Position numbers and translations under genes: made by a program. DNA of 64,000 nucleotides from a virus. The notes under the pieces are model-generated. The model searched no databases, was not told the DNA's origin, and was given only the letters and a program-made list of their open reading frames with translations. The stretch lies in the IMG/VR virus record IMGVR_UViG_3300044642_000803, positions 2,887 to 66,886 of that record. One strand, given 5' to 3'. Positions within the stretch are counted from its first letter, which is position 1. Each line of letters begins with the position of its first letter. Below are positions 46,901 through 56,462 of this stretch, one piece after another.

Positions 46901-47470
46901 GTCAAGAACACCGGCAAGGGCTACTTCGAAATCAGCGGCTTCATCGACGGTGCCGCCAAGGCTACGGGTGCCGCCAGAAGTCAAACCGCTGGACTTGCCA
47001 GCAACATGAGCAATGCTGCCGATGCGGCCAGGTCGTTCTACAACAGCCTGAACGCCGCCGCCGGCCTACCCCCTGCACGGTTCACGGGTGGCCCGGTGGA
47101 TGCCGGCCAGACCTACCGCATCAATGACGGCCCGAGCGGGATGAGCCTGGGGCAGGAATCGTTCTTGTCGGCATCCGGGGCGCTGAGCCTGATCAACCGA
47201 CCCGCAAACAGCCTCTGGATGGCGCCATCGAAGGGCACGGTCATCCCTGCTGCCGTGACCAGCCGACTAAAGGAGTCCGGGGCCCTGGGTGGTGGCGCTG
47301 GCGTGATGCGGGTGGGATCCGATCCGGCAATGGCCCATCTGGCGGCGGCGGTTGGAAACCTGAGCCAGGAGGTAGCTGAGCTGAGGCGTAAAGCGTGGAA
47401 CGTGGGGGTCAGTGTGCGAGGCGATGGATCTGGCCTGAAGCTGCAGCAGACCATGGCGCGGATTCGTTGA
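43901..47470 (+). CDS. Tape measure protein
   Basis: 1189 aa helical; ALQQIASKGVVSMEELRQQLGERLP motif; C-terminal RFTGGPV..GQTYRIND. Confidence 0.93.
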   Translation: MANEWVVKVTADVKGVLDASRQIGQQGKQAGEQFKQGFAGSDQTIEGLRGRLNELTQSLNKAAIGSKEFAAAQKEIAKTQQEINNALKGVAAGEATITGLRNKMAALNETLGQSVIGSKEFVAAQKEIAQTQDKLNAAIKGFGGNQNSIEGLNNRLAEYNSILQKAEIGSKDFVAAQRGIAATQKQVNDALKGFSASENTINGLRSKISALNETLGQSVVGSKEFVATQKEITQTQERLNAALKGFSGSQNSIEGLNNKLTELNGVLQKAEISSKEFVAAQREIAQTQDRLNAALKGFTGSQNSIEGLNNKLAQYNSALQKAEIGSREFVAAQKGIATTQREINNALNGFSGKEQTISGLRNRLSELNQALDKTAIGSRAFKETQSEIARTQLQVDQALGKTSVAVGVLGNALNALGFVGVTYSVVGFLKGSIQGAAELETTTRKLSATLGAQGAAGALSFARETADALGLSYRSLSSTFGSFTAAATASGVPLQQQKDLFASVAKAGQVLGLTNDGINGTFVALQQIASKGVVSMEELRQQLGERLPIALAATANGLGISQQALIKLVETGKLTSAEFFPAITKGLNDLTANAGGTLTAAQNFAKLQNAWEDLQDSFGTSLLPTVTQQVVKLAGALEGLKVDVSARDLRQSFGVTADEATQLVGILKNITKEYGLSDQQAKNLLSDAIANTGASRDWFGELNLGGNRFAQVQTEIGDLAKDFASKQRDILGETNAAVAAESQRLAIAKKQNEEKVKELASQAQLAEAVGRTLQAENAGRAEVQQAGINLGQALIGLEDSRFSIIRNRNNYELQEAQKRGASEGEINAIRQQGDEIDRAALTFKFNALLAQQDLQRQILALQQEQARLDAGLASDSARLEVEKAKLGLEQASLSSNAQAIQQAELALRIAELGTQSADSKLQILSKTQAIESLIAGVTNETAQNQIKAEAAAKNLALFADGTFQATKGTRDQFNSFQDLLYLNLDQQKTFQGLVRDTGLEVKNTGKGYFEISGFIDGAAKATGAARSQTAGLASNMSNAADAARSFYNSLNAAAGLPPARFTGGPVDAGQTYRINDGPSGMSLGQESFLSASGALSLINRPANSLWMAPSKGTVIPAAVTSRLKESGALGGGAGVMRVGSDPAMAHLAAAVGNLSQEVAELRRKAWNVGVSVRGDGSGLKLQQTMARIR

Positions 47471-47480
47471 GGGTGACCTG

Positions 47481-48245
47481 ATGAGCATTCAGCTCACCTA
47501 CGGCGCATCGACCCTGACACTGCGCTACCTGCAGGCGCAGCCGATCGGTTACGCCGAAGCGGAAACTGAGCAGGGGCTGACGGCGCGGCGCTTCACCGTG
47601 GCGGGGCTTTGCACGCCAGCGCAGTGGGTGACGTGCTGCAGCATCTTTGATGCCTGGCAGGCGGCCAAGATCCTGGAAGCGCCCACCATCACCAGCCGAG
47701 CAGTAGGGGCCACCGTGGCGCTGACCTGCTCCGCTCATGGCCGCAGTGTCACCGGCCTGAGTTGCTGGTTCACCGGGGCGCCAGCGGGCGAAACGACCGG
47801 GGCATGGGTCAAGGTAGGTTTCACGCTGATTGACGCGGCGCAGCAGCTGGCGGTAGTGCTGCGGCAGAACGAGAAGGCTCGCCTAGGGGGTGATGCCTTC
47901 CTGCCCGCCTACGGAACATTCTCGCTGGGGGCCACCAGCCTAGCGCTGTTGGAGCAGCCAGAGGCTTTTGAAGACGGCCCCAGCCTGGAGCCCACGTCTA
48001 CCGGTGGGTTCGTGACACGGGGCCCGTTGGTGGCGAGCGAAGTGCTCAACATCAGGGGGGTCACCAATGCCGCCGGGTGGACGGCGATCAAGGCATGGTT
48101 TATCAGCACCATCGCCAGCCGGCCTGGCCCGACCGACTACTGGCCGGTGGATGGCCTCTCCCTTGAGCGGGATCGGATCGTCAGCGGCGGGGTAGTGGTC
48201 GAGCGTTACATCGTCAGCGTCAAGCTCAAGCGGAGGGCTGCCTGA
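47481..48245 (+). CDS. Putative distal tail protein
   Basis: Directly after the tape measure gene. Confidence 0.55.
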   Translation: MSIQLTYGASTLTLRYLQAQPIGYAEAETEQGLTARRFTVAGLCTPAQWVTCCSIFDAWQAAKILEAPTITSRAVGATVALTCSAHGRSVTGLSCWFTGAPAGETTGAWVKVGFTLIDAAQQLAVVLRQNEKARLGGDAFLPAYGTFSLGATSLALLEQPEAFEDGPSLEPTSTGGFVTRGPLVASEVLNIRGVTNAAGWTAIKAWFISTIASRPGPTDYWPVDGLSLERDRIVSGGVVVERYIVSVKLKRRAA

Positions 48246-51200
48246 TGCCCGCCGCGCTGATCGATGTCTGCGCCCAGGTGTTCAGCAACCTGGGGCCCGT
48301 TGTAGGGGGGCAGTTATCCACCGACCCGCTGCAGCCTGGGGTTGGCCTGCTGCGCACGCAAGGGGAGGTGGTGATCAGCGGCCTCATCCAGCCGGCCAAG
48401 GGCGCCGAGTTTCTGCTGGGGGTGCGGTTGCCTGGTAACACTCTGACCCGGTTCCCGAGGCGTTTGCGGGTGCTCAAGGCCGAGAGTAACCCGATCAAAA
48501 ACGAGACCACCCTGATCGTTGGGTGCCTACTGGCTCTGAAGTGGGACCTAGTGAAGGCGGAAATCTTCTATGCCGACGAGAACCCGCAATGGACGCCGGT
48601 TGAGCCAACAGCAGCAGGATCCACTCCAAACATCTGCCACCTGAGCAGCGTGGTAGCCACCTGCCTGACCCGTTGCGGGATCACCCAGGCGGGCGGCAAC
48701 CCTGTCATCACGGGCGCCAAGGCGGTGGACAGCATCGACCTATCCGATGGCTATTTGGAAGTGGCCAGCCGGATACTTGGCGAGGCCGGTCTGTATGGCT
48801 TCATTGATGCAGCGGAGACGCTGCGGTTGCGACGGGTGCTAGCCCCGGCCGCTACGGGGCCATTGCTGGCGATGAGTGATCTGATCACGATGGAGCCAAT
48901 CGGTGATCCTGCGGCACCTGATGAAATCCTGGTTGAGTACACGGCGGTCGAGGCACCACCGAATTACAAGCCCAAGAACCCGGATGACAAAGCGGTTACC
49001 TGGAACACTGATGATCAGAATGGGCCAAGTTACGCAAGGAATTGGACATATCAAAAGACCATCAGCCCTGTACAGAAATACGAGATTGAATATCAACGCA
49101 CAGTTGGCAACGCCAAGGTAACTTTTCAGGATTCTGTTAGTTTTGTTTCTGAGTCGGTAAACCAGAGCTTTTACAGTACAATCAAGTACAAGGACAAGGA
49201 CGGCAAGATCCAAAAACAAGACGTACTTTTTAGGTCAACATCAGACACAACTACCTGCAGTGCTGCCGTAAATCCAACTGAATGGAAATCAAAGCGAGAG
49301 GGTGGCAGCGGTTACACCCCCCTTGCGTTGCAGGTCAAAGCAACCAAGGTTTTTAAATCTTACAAGATTACAGAAGATGGCCCGGTAGAAACACGGCAGG
49401 TAACAGAAGAATACGAGCCACTGATTGCCTTTGCGGGCGGGCTTGCCATTGAAAACTACAACGGTGTCAACATCGCCCAGGGCAACTTCCTGGTAAGAAA
49501 AACTGTAGTTGAGAAAACAGAGAATAAAGCATCTGATATAACGCTACAAAAAACCACCGTCTACCAAGCGTGGGGAGCAACGTCATCAGGTAAGACGATT
49601 GCTTCCGCAACAATGAAAATAGCTAGCAAATTCAATGATACCGCCAGGATTGCAAGCACCATAGCGCTGTTTGATCGGATGAGTGCGCTAGTTTGCAGCG
49701 GCAGCGAAACGGTGATCAATATAGGGCGCGGGCAAATTCCCGACCCACCCAAAGAAGTTGACGAGCAAAACAACAAGCTAGACAACATTCAAAGCGACGT
49801 AACAACTAACAGCAGCCTAGATAAAACAGATCCAAGGGGCGAGTCAGTACCTCAATCAGTAACTTTACAGTTTGGCCAGGGCGAAGCTAGTAGCACGGGC
49901 AAGTACGACATGCAGTACGCCCCAGACAGCTACCTCAGGCCCGCTGATGGCGCCGGGGACAATGGCACCGGCATGACGTTTGTCAATGGTGCCAGCAGCG
50001 CTGCCGCCTACACCTACGGCAAGGTGTTGCACGCGATCCTGTCGGGGATGGCCAACGGCAAATCCATCACCACCGAGTTTCGCAATATCCCTAGCGAGCC
50101 GCTGGCGGGGATCTTCATTGAGGCTTCGGGAACCATTGGCAAGTTCCGCGCCAATGGCATTACCTATGCGTTTGATGCACAGGGGCTGGTTGCCGGCTGT
50201 GACGCCATGCTTGACGGTGGGGCGGGGTTGGTGGCCGGCGGTAGCGGGGCGGATTGGTTCCCCATGGCGGTACCAGCCACCAACCTGTCAACCCTGACCC
50301 CAGCGGTGAACAGCACCCCAGCCCTAGCGAACACAATCGCGGCGCCTGGAGGGTTTGACCCTGCGGCACCGGGCAACATCTGGAGCAGCCTGGGGACTGC
50401 GGGCGCCGTGAATGACGTGTATGCGGCGGCGGTTACCAAGGCTGCTGTAGTGGGTTCGGTGGCGGAAACGGTCCGACGCGAGAGCGTAAGCCGATCGCTG
50501 AGCTGGCTGCTGACAGCGGACTATGACATGACGCCGCAGACGCTTTCGTTGGTGAGCGTAACGACGAATTACGGGACGCTGCAAACCTTCACGGTGGCTG
50601 AGAATCCTGGTGTTACGTGGGTCACAAATGTCACCACGTTTGAACCTGGAGCGCGGACCGACGGCCAGGGGTATAACGAGGGCGTGGCATGGGTGACACC
50701 TACTACCACGTTTACGCCAGGCGGTGCAAACAATGGACCCAACCCAGGGGTGGCATGGGTCACACCGGCTACCACGTTCACGCCGGGGGCAAGAACCGAT
50801 GGGGTTGGGTTTAACCCTGGCGTGGCATGGGTGACGACTGCTACGACGTTTACACCAGGAGCGAGAAGTGACGGCAGGACTGTTCTTCTGTTGGCGCACA
50901 TGGATGGGGCTGATAATGGCACAACCTTTACTGATTCAAGTTCATACGCCAAAACAATTACGCGTAGCGGGTCGGTAGTAACAAGAACAAACGTTAAGAA
51001 GTTTGGCACCGCAAGCCTTCGCGGAGAGGCTAATGGTTATTTAAGATTCTCACCGGCTATCATGCTTTCTGGAGACTTTACAATAGCGGCTTGGTTTAGT
51101 GCTGATGATATAATGCGTGACCAGACGTTATTTGGCTCTACTATTGGCGACGTACATATCATGCGGCTAAACGGATATGGCGCTGGCAGTGTTAGATCCT

Positions 51201-51493
51201 TTATCTCCTTTGGTGGTAGTTCCGTCTTGATGGGAAGCGCAAATAATCTCTCAGGCATCAGCTCTGGTGTTCTTAATTACTATGCTTTGACAAGGCAGGG
51301 AGCAACCCTAAGGGACTTTTTGAATGGCAACCTGCTATCGACAACAACGTTTAGCGGTAGCGTTCCGATAGATACCATAGGAGCCGGGTTTGAGGGTACC
51401 TCTAATCAGTTCTTCGGGAACATCGATGAAGCCATCATTAGTAAAGAATGCCTCTATACGACTAGCTTCACTCCACCTACGCAACCTTTCTAG
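48245..51493 (+). CDS. Tail tip/hub protein with C-terminal LamG/ConA-like domain
   Basis: LLAHMDGADNGTTFTDSS, GDFTIAAWF, F.GNIDE..ISK..LYT..FTPPT. Confidence 0.75.
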   Translation: MPAALIDVCAQVFSNLGPVVGGQLSTDPLQPGVGLLRTQGEVVISGLIQPAKGAEFLLGVRLPGNTLTRFPRRLRVLKAESNPIKNETTLIVGCLLALKWDLVKAEIFYADENPQWTPVEPTAAGSTPNICHLSSVVATCLTRCGITQAGGNPVITGAKAVDSIDLSDGYLEVASRILGEAGLYGFIDAAETLRLRRVLAPAATGPLLAMSDLITMEPIGDPAAPDEILVEYTAVEAPPNYKPKNPDDKAVTWNTDDQNGPSYARNWTYQKTISPVQKYEIEYQRTVGNAKVTFQDSVSFVSESVNQSFYSTIKYKDKDGKIQKQDVLFRSTSDTTTCSAAVNPTEWKSKREGGSGYTPLALQVKATKVFKSYKITEDGPVETRQVTEEYEPLIAFAGGLAIENYNGVNIAQGNFLVRKTVVEKTENKASDITLQKTTVYQAWGATSSGKTIASATMKIASKFNDTARIASTIALFDRMSALVCSGSETVINIGRGQIPDPPKEVDEQNNKLDNIQSDVTTNSSLDKTDPRGESVPQSVTLQFGQGEASSTGKYDMQYAPDSYLRPADGAGDNGTGMTFVNGASSAAAYTYGKVLHAILSGMANGKSITTEFRNIPSEPLAGIFIEASGTIGKFRANGITYAFDAQGLVAGCDAMLDGGAGLVAGGSGADWFPMAVPATNLSTLTPAVNSTPALANTIAAPGGFDPAAPGNIWSSLGTAGAVNDVYAAAVTKAAVVGSVAETVRRESVSRSLSWLLTADYDMTPQTLSLVSVTTNYGTLQTFTVAENPGVTWVTNVTTFEPGARTDGQGYNEGVAWVTPTTTFTPGGANNGPNPGVAWVTPATTFTPGARTDGVGFNPGVAWVTTATTFTPGARSDGRTVLLLAHMDGADNGTTFTDSSSYAKTITRSGSVVTRTNVKKFGTASLRGEANGYLRFSPAIMLSGDFTIAAWFSADDIMRDQTLFGSTIGDVHIMRLNGYGAGSVRSFISFGGSSVLMGSANNLSGISSGVLNYYALTRQGATLRDFLNGNLLSTTTFSGSVPIDTIGAGFEGTSNQFFGNIDEAIISKECLYTTSFTPPTQPF

Positions 51494-51539
51494 GTTGCAT
51501 AGGTAAGCCGGAAAGCTAAGGCGAACTGACCCGGTAGCC

Positions 51540-51971
51540 ATGGCGTCAATCGTTTTCAGCAGTTTCCCGCTAGACGTTTTGAGCGGGAACTGCAACACCA
51601 CGCATACATACAAGGCGATGCTGACTACTTCGGGTTACACCGAAGACCGCAATGCCCACACCAAACGCAGCAACGTCACCAATGAGGTAACGGGTACCGG
51701 TTACACCGCCGGGGGCGTCACCGTAACCTTGACCGCGAGCCTTGACACCGCTTCAACACCTCCAAGGTTAACGGTCACGACCAGCGCTGCCATCTGGCCG
51801 GCTAGCACGATCACGGCGCGTAGACTGGTGGTCTACCGCTCGCGCGGCGGGGCGTCTTCAGTTGACGAGCTGGTGTGCTGCGTAGACAACGGCGTTGATC
51901 TGGTAAGCAGCGCCAGCACGATGACATGGGCCGCCAGAACCTGGGAGATCCCGCTACCTGCTGCGGCTTGA
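51540..51971 (+). CDS. Virion structural protein
   Basis: NEVTGTGYTAGG..L...W.ASTITAR..VVY. Confidence 0.7.
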   Translation: MASIVFSSFPLDVLSGNCNTTHTYKAMLTTSGYTEDRNAHTKRSNVTNEVTGTGYTAGGVTVTLTASLDTASTPPRLTVTTSAAIWPASTITARRLVVYRSRGGASSVDELVCCVDNGVDLVSSASTMTWAARTWEIPLPAAA

Positions 51972-52004
51972 TGGGGTGGAAAGCTCCGGTAAGCGGGGGC
52001 ACCT

Positions 52005-52406
52005 ATGGATGTTTTGATCTCACCTGACGCGCTAGCCAAGCAGGCTCAGCTCACCTACGAAAGCAAGACCTTCAGGATGTTCCTGGCGCTGCGTGGCGGC
52101 ACGGTGTTAACCCAGGCCAGCTTAATCAGTGCCTGGGATGCAGTGAAGCTTGCGGCGGGCAATGGATACGCGGAGATAACGGGCACGATCGGGACCGGCA
52201 CGTTTAACTCTGGCAACGCGAGGTACGAGTTACCAGCGTTTGCCACCATGCCGCTAACCCCGACCGGTAGCGGAATTACCTACGATGCGATTGTGTTGCA
52301 GGTTGATAGCCGCACCTATCCCGACCGGGTGGTTTTACTGCCGACGCCAGAGACGCTGCAGGCGGGGCAGCCGAAGACCTTTCAGATACTGGTAGCGCTG
52401 GGATGA
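52005..52406 (+). CDS. Virion structural protein
   Basis: ORF in the tail operon. Confidence 0.6.
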   Translation: MDVLISPDALAKQAQLTYESKTFRMFLALRGGTVLTQASLISAWDAVKLAAGNGYAEITGTIGTGTFNSGNARYELPAFATMPLTPTGSGITYDAIVLQVDSRTYPDRVVLLPTPETLQAGQPKTFQILVALG

Positions 52407-53584
52407 GCCTGATTGTTGACATCAATCCGGTGCCGTGGGAGATCCTGGAACAGGTAAAGGCGCGGATCCTGAGGAACCGGGCAAAGAAACAAAAGCGGCA
52501 GCCGGAAAAGGGCAAGGAACTGCGTCGGGTGATGCAGGTTGATAATGGGATACTGGCAAAGCAGCGGTGGGAGGAGCCGAGCTTTGTTTTGGGACTGGAG
52601 AATCGCGTACCCTATGTCGTTGTTGTGGTTGGAGGCGGCCTTAGCCGTAAAGTCATCAAAAGTCGCCCTAGGCTACAATTTTACGATATATTTGTTTGGG
52701 ACGGACTTAACGCCCCCTACTACTATGCAGCCGATGGCACCGGTGAAGGTGGATGGTACTTTGGAATGTGGTATTATAACCAAAAAAAATATTACTACAG
52801 CATAGTTCAGAACTACACGTACTTGGGATCGCCGGTCTACGAAGCAATAGAAGATATTGCGGTTCAGTTAAATGAATTAACGATAGGAATTATCACTCCA
52901 CCAAGTTTAGATACTTTTGTAGCCTATTTATTTACCTGGTCAACGAATCTTGATACGCAGAACAGAATAAAAGAAATTGTAGCAAACCGTCTTTACGAAA
53001 ACAAGTCTGCAACAACAGAGTTTACAATAACAACCATTCCTCCCACTCGTAGCACCGGCCCTGAAGACGTGCTAAGCCCGGAACCTAGATTTTACCCTAT
53101 AACTCTTAATTGGAAAACGATTGTAATTGATGATTTAACCATAAAAGAACCCGAAGTTGGCGATCAAATACAATTAAAATTTGTGCCTACCAGTCTTGAT
53201 GGCCGGAAATACGGTGATAGCGAAAGCATTTTTAATGCGGCGATTCATTACGGCTTGGTTGATTCCTTTGGACGGGCGGTGACCATTGACCCGTCTGCTA
53301 ATATTTTTACAGCAACTGAACATGACTTTGCCGCCAATGATGCAATCGCTTTTTTTGCTACACAAGGGACTTTACCATCACCTTTAACCGAGGGTAGGTC
53401 TTATTTCGTGCGCGGCGAAGGTTTAACGTTAAACACTTTTGCGATTTCTTTAGAATACGGCGGCAATATTCTTGACATCACAGGTCCCGCAAATGGTGCT
53501 TACTTTGTCAATCACAGTCCAAACACTTTTAGCACTTCTACGGCTATTAGCTCAATACAAAAGCACGATCTAAAATTCTTATAA
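52403..53584 (+). CDS. Putative tail/receptor-binding protein, AT-rich body
   Basis: C-terminal FTATEHDF...GTLPSPL..GRSYFV...NTFAIS domain. Confidence 0.6.
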   Translation: MSLIVDINPVPWEILEQVKARILRNRAKKQKRQPEKGKELRRVMQVDNGILAKQRWEEPSFVLGLENRVPYVVVVVGGGLSRKVIKSRPRLQFYDIFVWDGLNAPYYYAADGTGEGGWYFGMWYYNQKKYYYSIVQNYTYLGSPVYEAIEDIAVQLNELTIGIITPPSLDTFVAYLFTWSTNLDTQNRIKEIVANRLYENKSATTEFTITTIPPTRSTGPEDVLSPEPRFYPITLNWKTIVIDDLTIKEPEVGDQIQLKFVPTSLDGRKYGDSESIFNAAIHYGLVDSFGRAVTIDPSANIFTATEHDFAANDAIAFFATQGTLPSPLTEGRSYFVRGEGLTLNTFAISLEYGGNILDITGPANGAYFVNHSPNTFSTSTAISSIQKHDLKFL

Positions 53585-53596
53585 AATAAACAATCG

Positions 53597-53731
53597 ATGC
53601 AAGCCCCCCAACCCGACTCCATCGAAACCCTGGTCGAAACCGTCCAGACCCGGCAGCTCGCCAACCGCATTGCCGCCGCCGAACGGGAGCAGGAGCGCCG
53701 CCAGCGGCCTAAGCCATCGCGCAACCGCTAA
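53597..53731 (+). CDS. Small hypothetical protein (44 aa)
   Basis: Manual translation MQAPQPDSIETLVETVQTRQLANRIAAAERE... Confidence 0.4.
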   Translation: MQAPQPDSIETLVETVQTRQLANRIAAAEREQERRQRPKPSRNR

Positions 53732-53780
53732 GCCGGAAAGCTGATGACGTAGTTGCTCGCGGGCGTGAAGCCCCGATCAC

Positions 53781-54596
53781 ATGAAGAAACGTTGGATTGA
53801 TCAGTTCACCCTCCAGGGCCCTGAAGGTGGCAGCGAGGGTGGCGCGGGTGGCGCGGGTGGCGCTGGTGGCGGTGCGGGTGGTGCGGGTGGTGCCGCAGGG
53901 ACTGCCGATCCCGCCCCTGGCGGTGGCGAGGGGGAGGGCGAAGGGGATGACCTCTTCCGCGTCAAACATGCCCTGCAGCGTGAGCGCGAGGTCAACCGCG
54001 AAAAAGATCGCCGTATGGGTGCCCTGGAAGCCCAGCTACGGGAGCTGTCCACCACCAACCCTGAGGCGGTGCGGGCGGCTGAGGCCAAGGCCAAGGAGGA
54101 ACAGGCGCGGAGGGAGCTGATCGAGCAGCAGGCACGGATTACGCAGGAGCAGATTGAGGCCAAATACAGCGCCCAGCTGCAGCAGTCAAACAAAGAGCTG
54201 ATCGAAGAACGCGAGGCACGCGAGCGGCAGCTTGTGAAGCAGCAAGCCGAGAAAGCTTTCCTCAATGCCAAGGGCCGGGTGGAGATCAGCCCCCTCGACG
54301 GATCCACACCGTTTGATGGCGTCTGGGGTCGGTTTGGCCCCAACTTCCGGATTGAAGACGGCGCACTGGTGATCGTTGACGCCAAGGGCAACCCTGAAAT
54401 CGACTCCGAAACCGGCATGCGGTACGAGCCGACTAAATGGCTCAAGCGGCTGCAGACGGATCCGTACTGGGGTCTTCACTTCGAGCCCTCCATGGGTAGC
54501 GGTGGCGGGGCACGCACCGGGCGCGATGGCCGTGTATCCAACAGCAAGGACCTGATGTCCATGCCTGTGAGCGCGGCGATTGCGGAGGCTTTTTAG
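53781..54596 (+). CDS. Capsid scaffolding protein
   Basis: Gly-rich N-terminus, coiled coil, F.PS.GSGGG; directly before the capsid gene. Confidence 0.8.
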   Translation: MKKRWIDQFTLQGPEGGSEGGAGGAGGAGGGAGGAGGAAGTADPAPGGGEGEGEGDDLFRVKHALQREREVNREKDRRMGALEAQLRELSTTNPEAVRAAEAKAKEEQARRELIEQQARITQEQIEAKYSAQLQQSNKELIEEREARERQLVKQQAEKAFLNAKGRVEISPLDGSTPFDGVWGRFGPNFRIEDGALVIVDAKGNPEIDSETGMRYEPTKWLKRLQTDPYWGLHFEPSMGSGGGARTGRDGRVSNSKDLMSMPVSAAIAEAF

Positions 54597-54761
54597 TTAA
54601 TCCCCGCTGACGGCTTAGGGGCCTGGGAAACATCAAACAACAGGGATCGACTGATGGCGTGATGCCTGAGGCGGTCCCAATCCAAACAGCTCGGCGTGAT
54701 GCCCTGCGATGTCTTCCCGGCGTGATGCCACCCCCTTTGACCTTCACCTGAACTCCCCAAA

Positions 54762-55676
54762 ATGGGACTAACACTTCTGGAGGCCGCCAAAGTTGACACT
54801 AATCAACAACGGGTGGCCGTTATTCGCGCTCTTGCTGAATCCGAGGTAATCCGCCTCGTACCCTTTGTCAACGTGCAAGGTGGCATTGACTACCTCACCG
54901 AAGCCGAACTGCCTGGCGTTGGGTTTCGTGGTATCAACGAAACCTTTGAGGCTACCTACGGCGTGCTTAATCCTGAGTACGAACGCCTCAAGCCGTTTGG
55001 CGGCGACATTGATGTAGACATGCACCTCATCAAGAACAATGGGCCTCAAGTAAGGGCTCAGCAAATCGAAGCGAAGCTGCGATCCATGCGGCTAACGCTT
55101 GAGGATTACATGTTCAACGGCGATGAGTCGGTTGATCCTCGCAGCTTTGATGGCCTCAGGAAGCGGATTGGCACCGACAGCTCTCAAGCCTTTAATGCCA
55201 GCGGTGCATTTTCGCTTGGCTTGCTGGATGAGCTGATTGACGCCGTAGATGGCGACAACAAGGTTGTCCACATGGGCAAGTCGATGCGTCGGCGCCTCAC
55301 CGCTGCTAGTCGTAATTCCACTATCGGTGGATTCCTGACTACCACGCGAGACGAGTTTGGCAAGCTCGTCACCACTTATGGCGACACTCGGATTGTCGTC
55401 ACTGACACCAACGCCCAAAACGTGACCATCCAAGGCTTTACCGAGGCTGGCAGCACCACCAGTGTTTACTGCGTCGCCTACGGCGATCAGCAGGTCACCG
55501 GCATCCAAGGCCCTGATTCGGCTGGTGGGTATGGGGTTGACGTAAAGGCATTCGGAGAAGTATCCGATGCCCCAGTGGATCGCACCCGGATCGAATGGTC
55601 TGTTGGCCTTGCAATTATGAATGGTCGCAGCGCTGCCCGCGTTTACGGCATCACTAATGCCGCAATGACCGCCTGA
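54762..55676 (+). CDS. Major capsid protein
   Basis: LTLLEAAK, LPGVGFRGINE, GGDIDVD, FNGD...FDGLRKR, RIEW.VGLA. Confidence 0.9.
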   Translation: MGLTLLEAAKVDTNQQRVAVIRALAESEVIRLVPFVNVQGGIDYLTEAELPGVGFRGINETFEATYGVLNPEYERLKPFGGDIDVDMHLIKNNGPQVRAQQIEAKLRSMRLTLEDYMFNGDESVDPRSFDGLRKRIGTDSSQAFNASGAFSLGLLDELIDAVDGDNKVVHMGKSMRRRLTAASRNSTIGGFLTTTRDEFGKLVTTYGDTRIVVTDTNAQNVTIQGFTEAGSTTSVYCVAYGDQQVTGIQGPDSAGGYGVDVKAFGEVSDAPVDRTRIEWSVGLAIMNGRSAARVYGITNAAMTA

Positions 55677-55726
55677 TTATTGCCCTATTTATCTATCCAT
55701 CCCCTGATTCCTTGAGGTATTGATTC

Positions 55727-56416
55727 ATGGCACGCGCAACAGGACTGGCTCCCCGAAGGGGCTATCTACTGGATGCAATGACCGTATTGGTCGGTAACGT
55801 GTTGGCCGGCGCCCGTGGCCGTCCCGCCGAAACTCGCACCGGGGCCGCTCGGCTGCTCACTACCAACCTGGCAGCCCAGAATAACTGGAAGCTGGTGGTC
55901 TACGGCCAGTCCAGTAACTCCGCTGGGGGCTACATCCTGCAGGCCGCTCACGTTGCCGAGGGTGCCGCCCTTAGCTCCGCTTCGGCCTACGCCAACATCG
56001 GCGTGATTGCGATTGGGACTGGGCAATCCAACCCCAACGAGGTCGTTGTCGGCGGCAAGCAGATCCGTGATGCCGTCAAGGCTGCCGGTTCGGTGACTGG
56101 TGATGTTCGGGTGGCTGCGGTCCGGGTGCGCCCTGGCACTGGCAACCTGGCCATCAGCAACGTGGCGCTTGCTTCCAACGTGGTGACCATCACCCTGTCG
56201 GCCGCCCACACCATGCTGGTCGGCGAGGTTGTGACCGTGGGTTGCTCCAACCCGCTGGTGAATGGCACCTTCACCATTACGGAGGTGACTTCCACCACCT
56301 TCAAGTACGCCAGCGTTCAGTCCAACATCACCAGCGCATCGGCAACCGGAACTGTTACCAACGGCGCCGCTGTGCCGGTTGGAACCAACACCGTGGCACT
56401 CGTTCCCGCTGAATGA
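55727..56416 (+). CDS. Capsid decoration/auxiliary protein
   Basis: Follows the capsid gene; C-terminal beta domain VVTITLSAAHTM.VG..V.V...NGTFTIT. Confidence 0.65.
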   Translation: MARATGLAPRRGYLLDAMTVLVGNVLAGARGRPAETRTGAARLLTTNLAAQNNWKLVVYGQSSNSAGGYILQAAHVAEGAALSSASAYANIGVIAIGTGQSNPNEVVVGGKQIRDAVKAAGSVTGDVRVAAVRVRPGTGNLAISNVALASNVVTITLSAAHTMLVGEVVTVGCSNPLVNGTFTITEVTSTTFKYASVQSNITSASATGTVTNGAAVPVGTNTVALVPAE

Positions 56417-56440
56417 CCCATTAGCCGGTCGATTATCCCT

Positions 56441-56462
56441 AGGGCCCTGCGGGGCCCTTTCT
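56441..56462 (+). terminator. Intrinsic terminator
   Basis: AGGGCCC-TGCG-GGGCCCT followed by TT. Confidence 0.6.
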
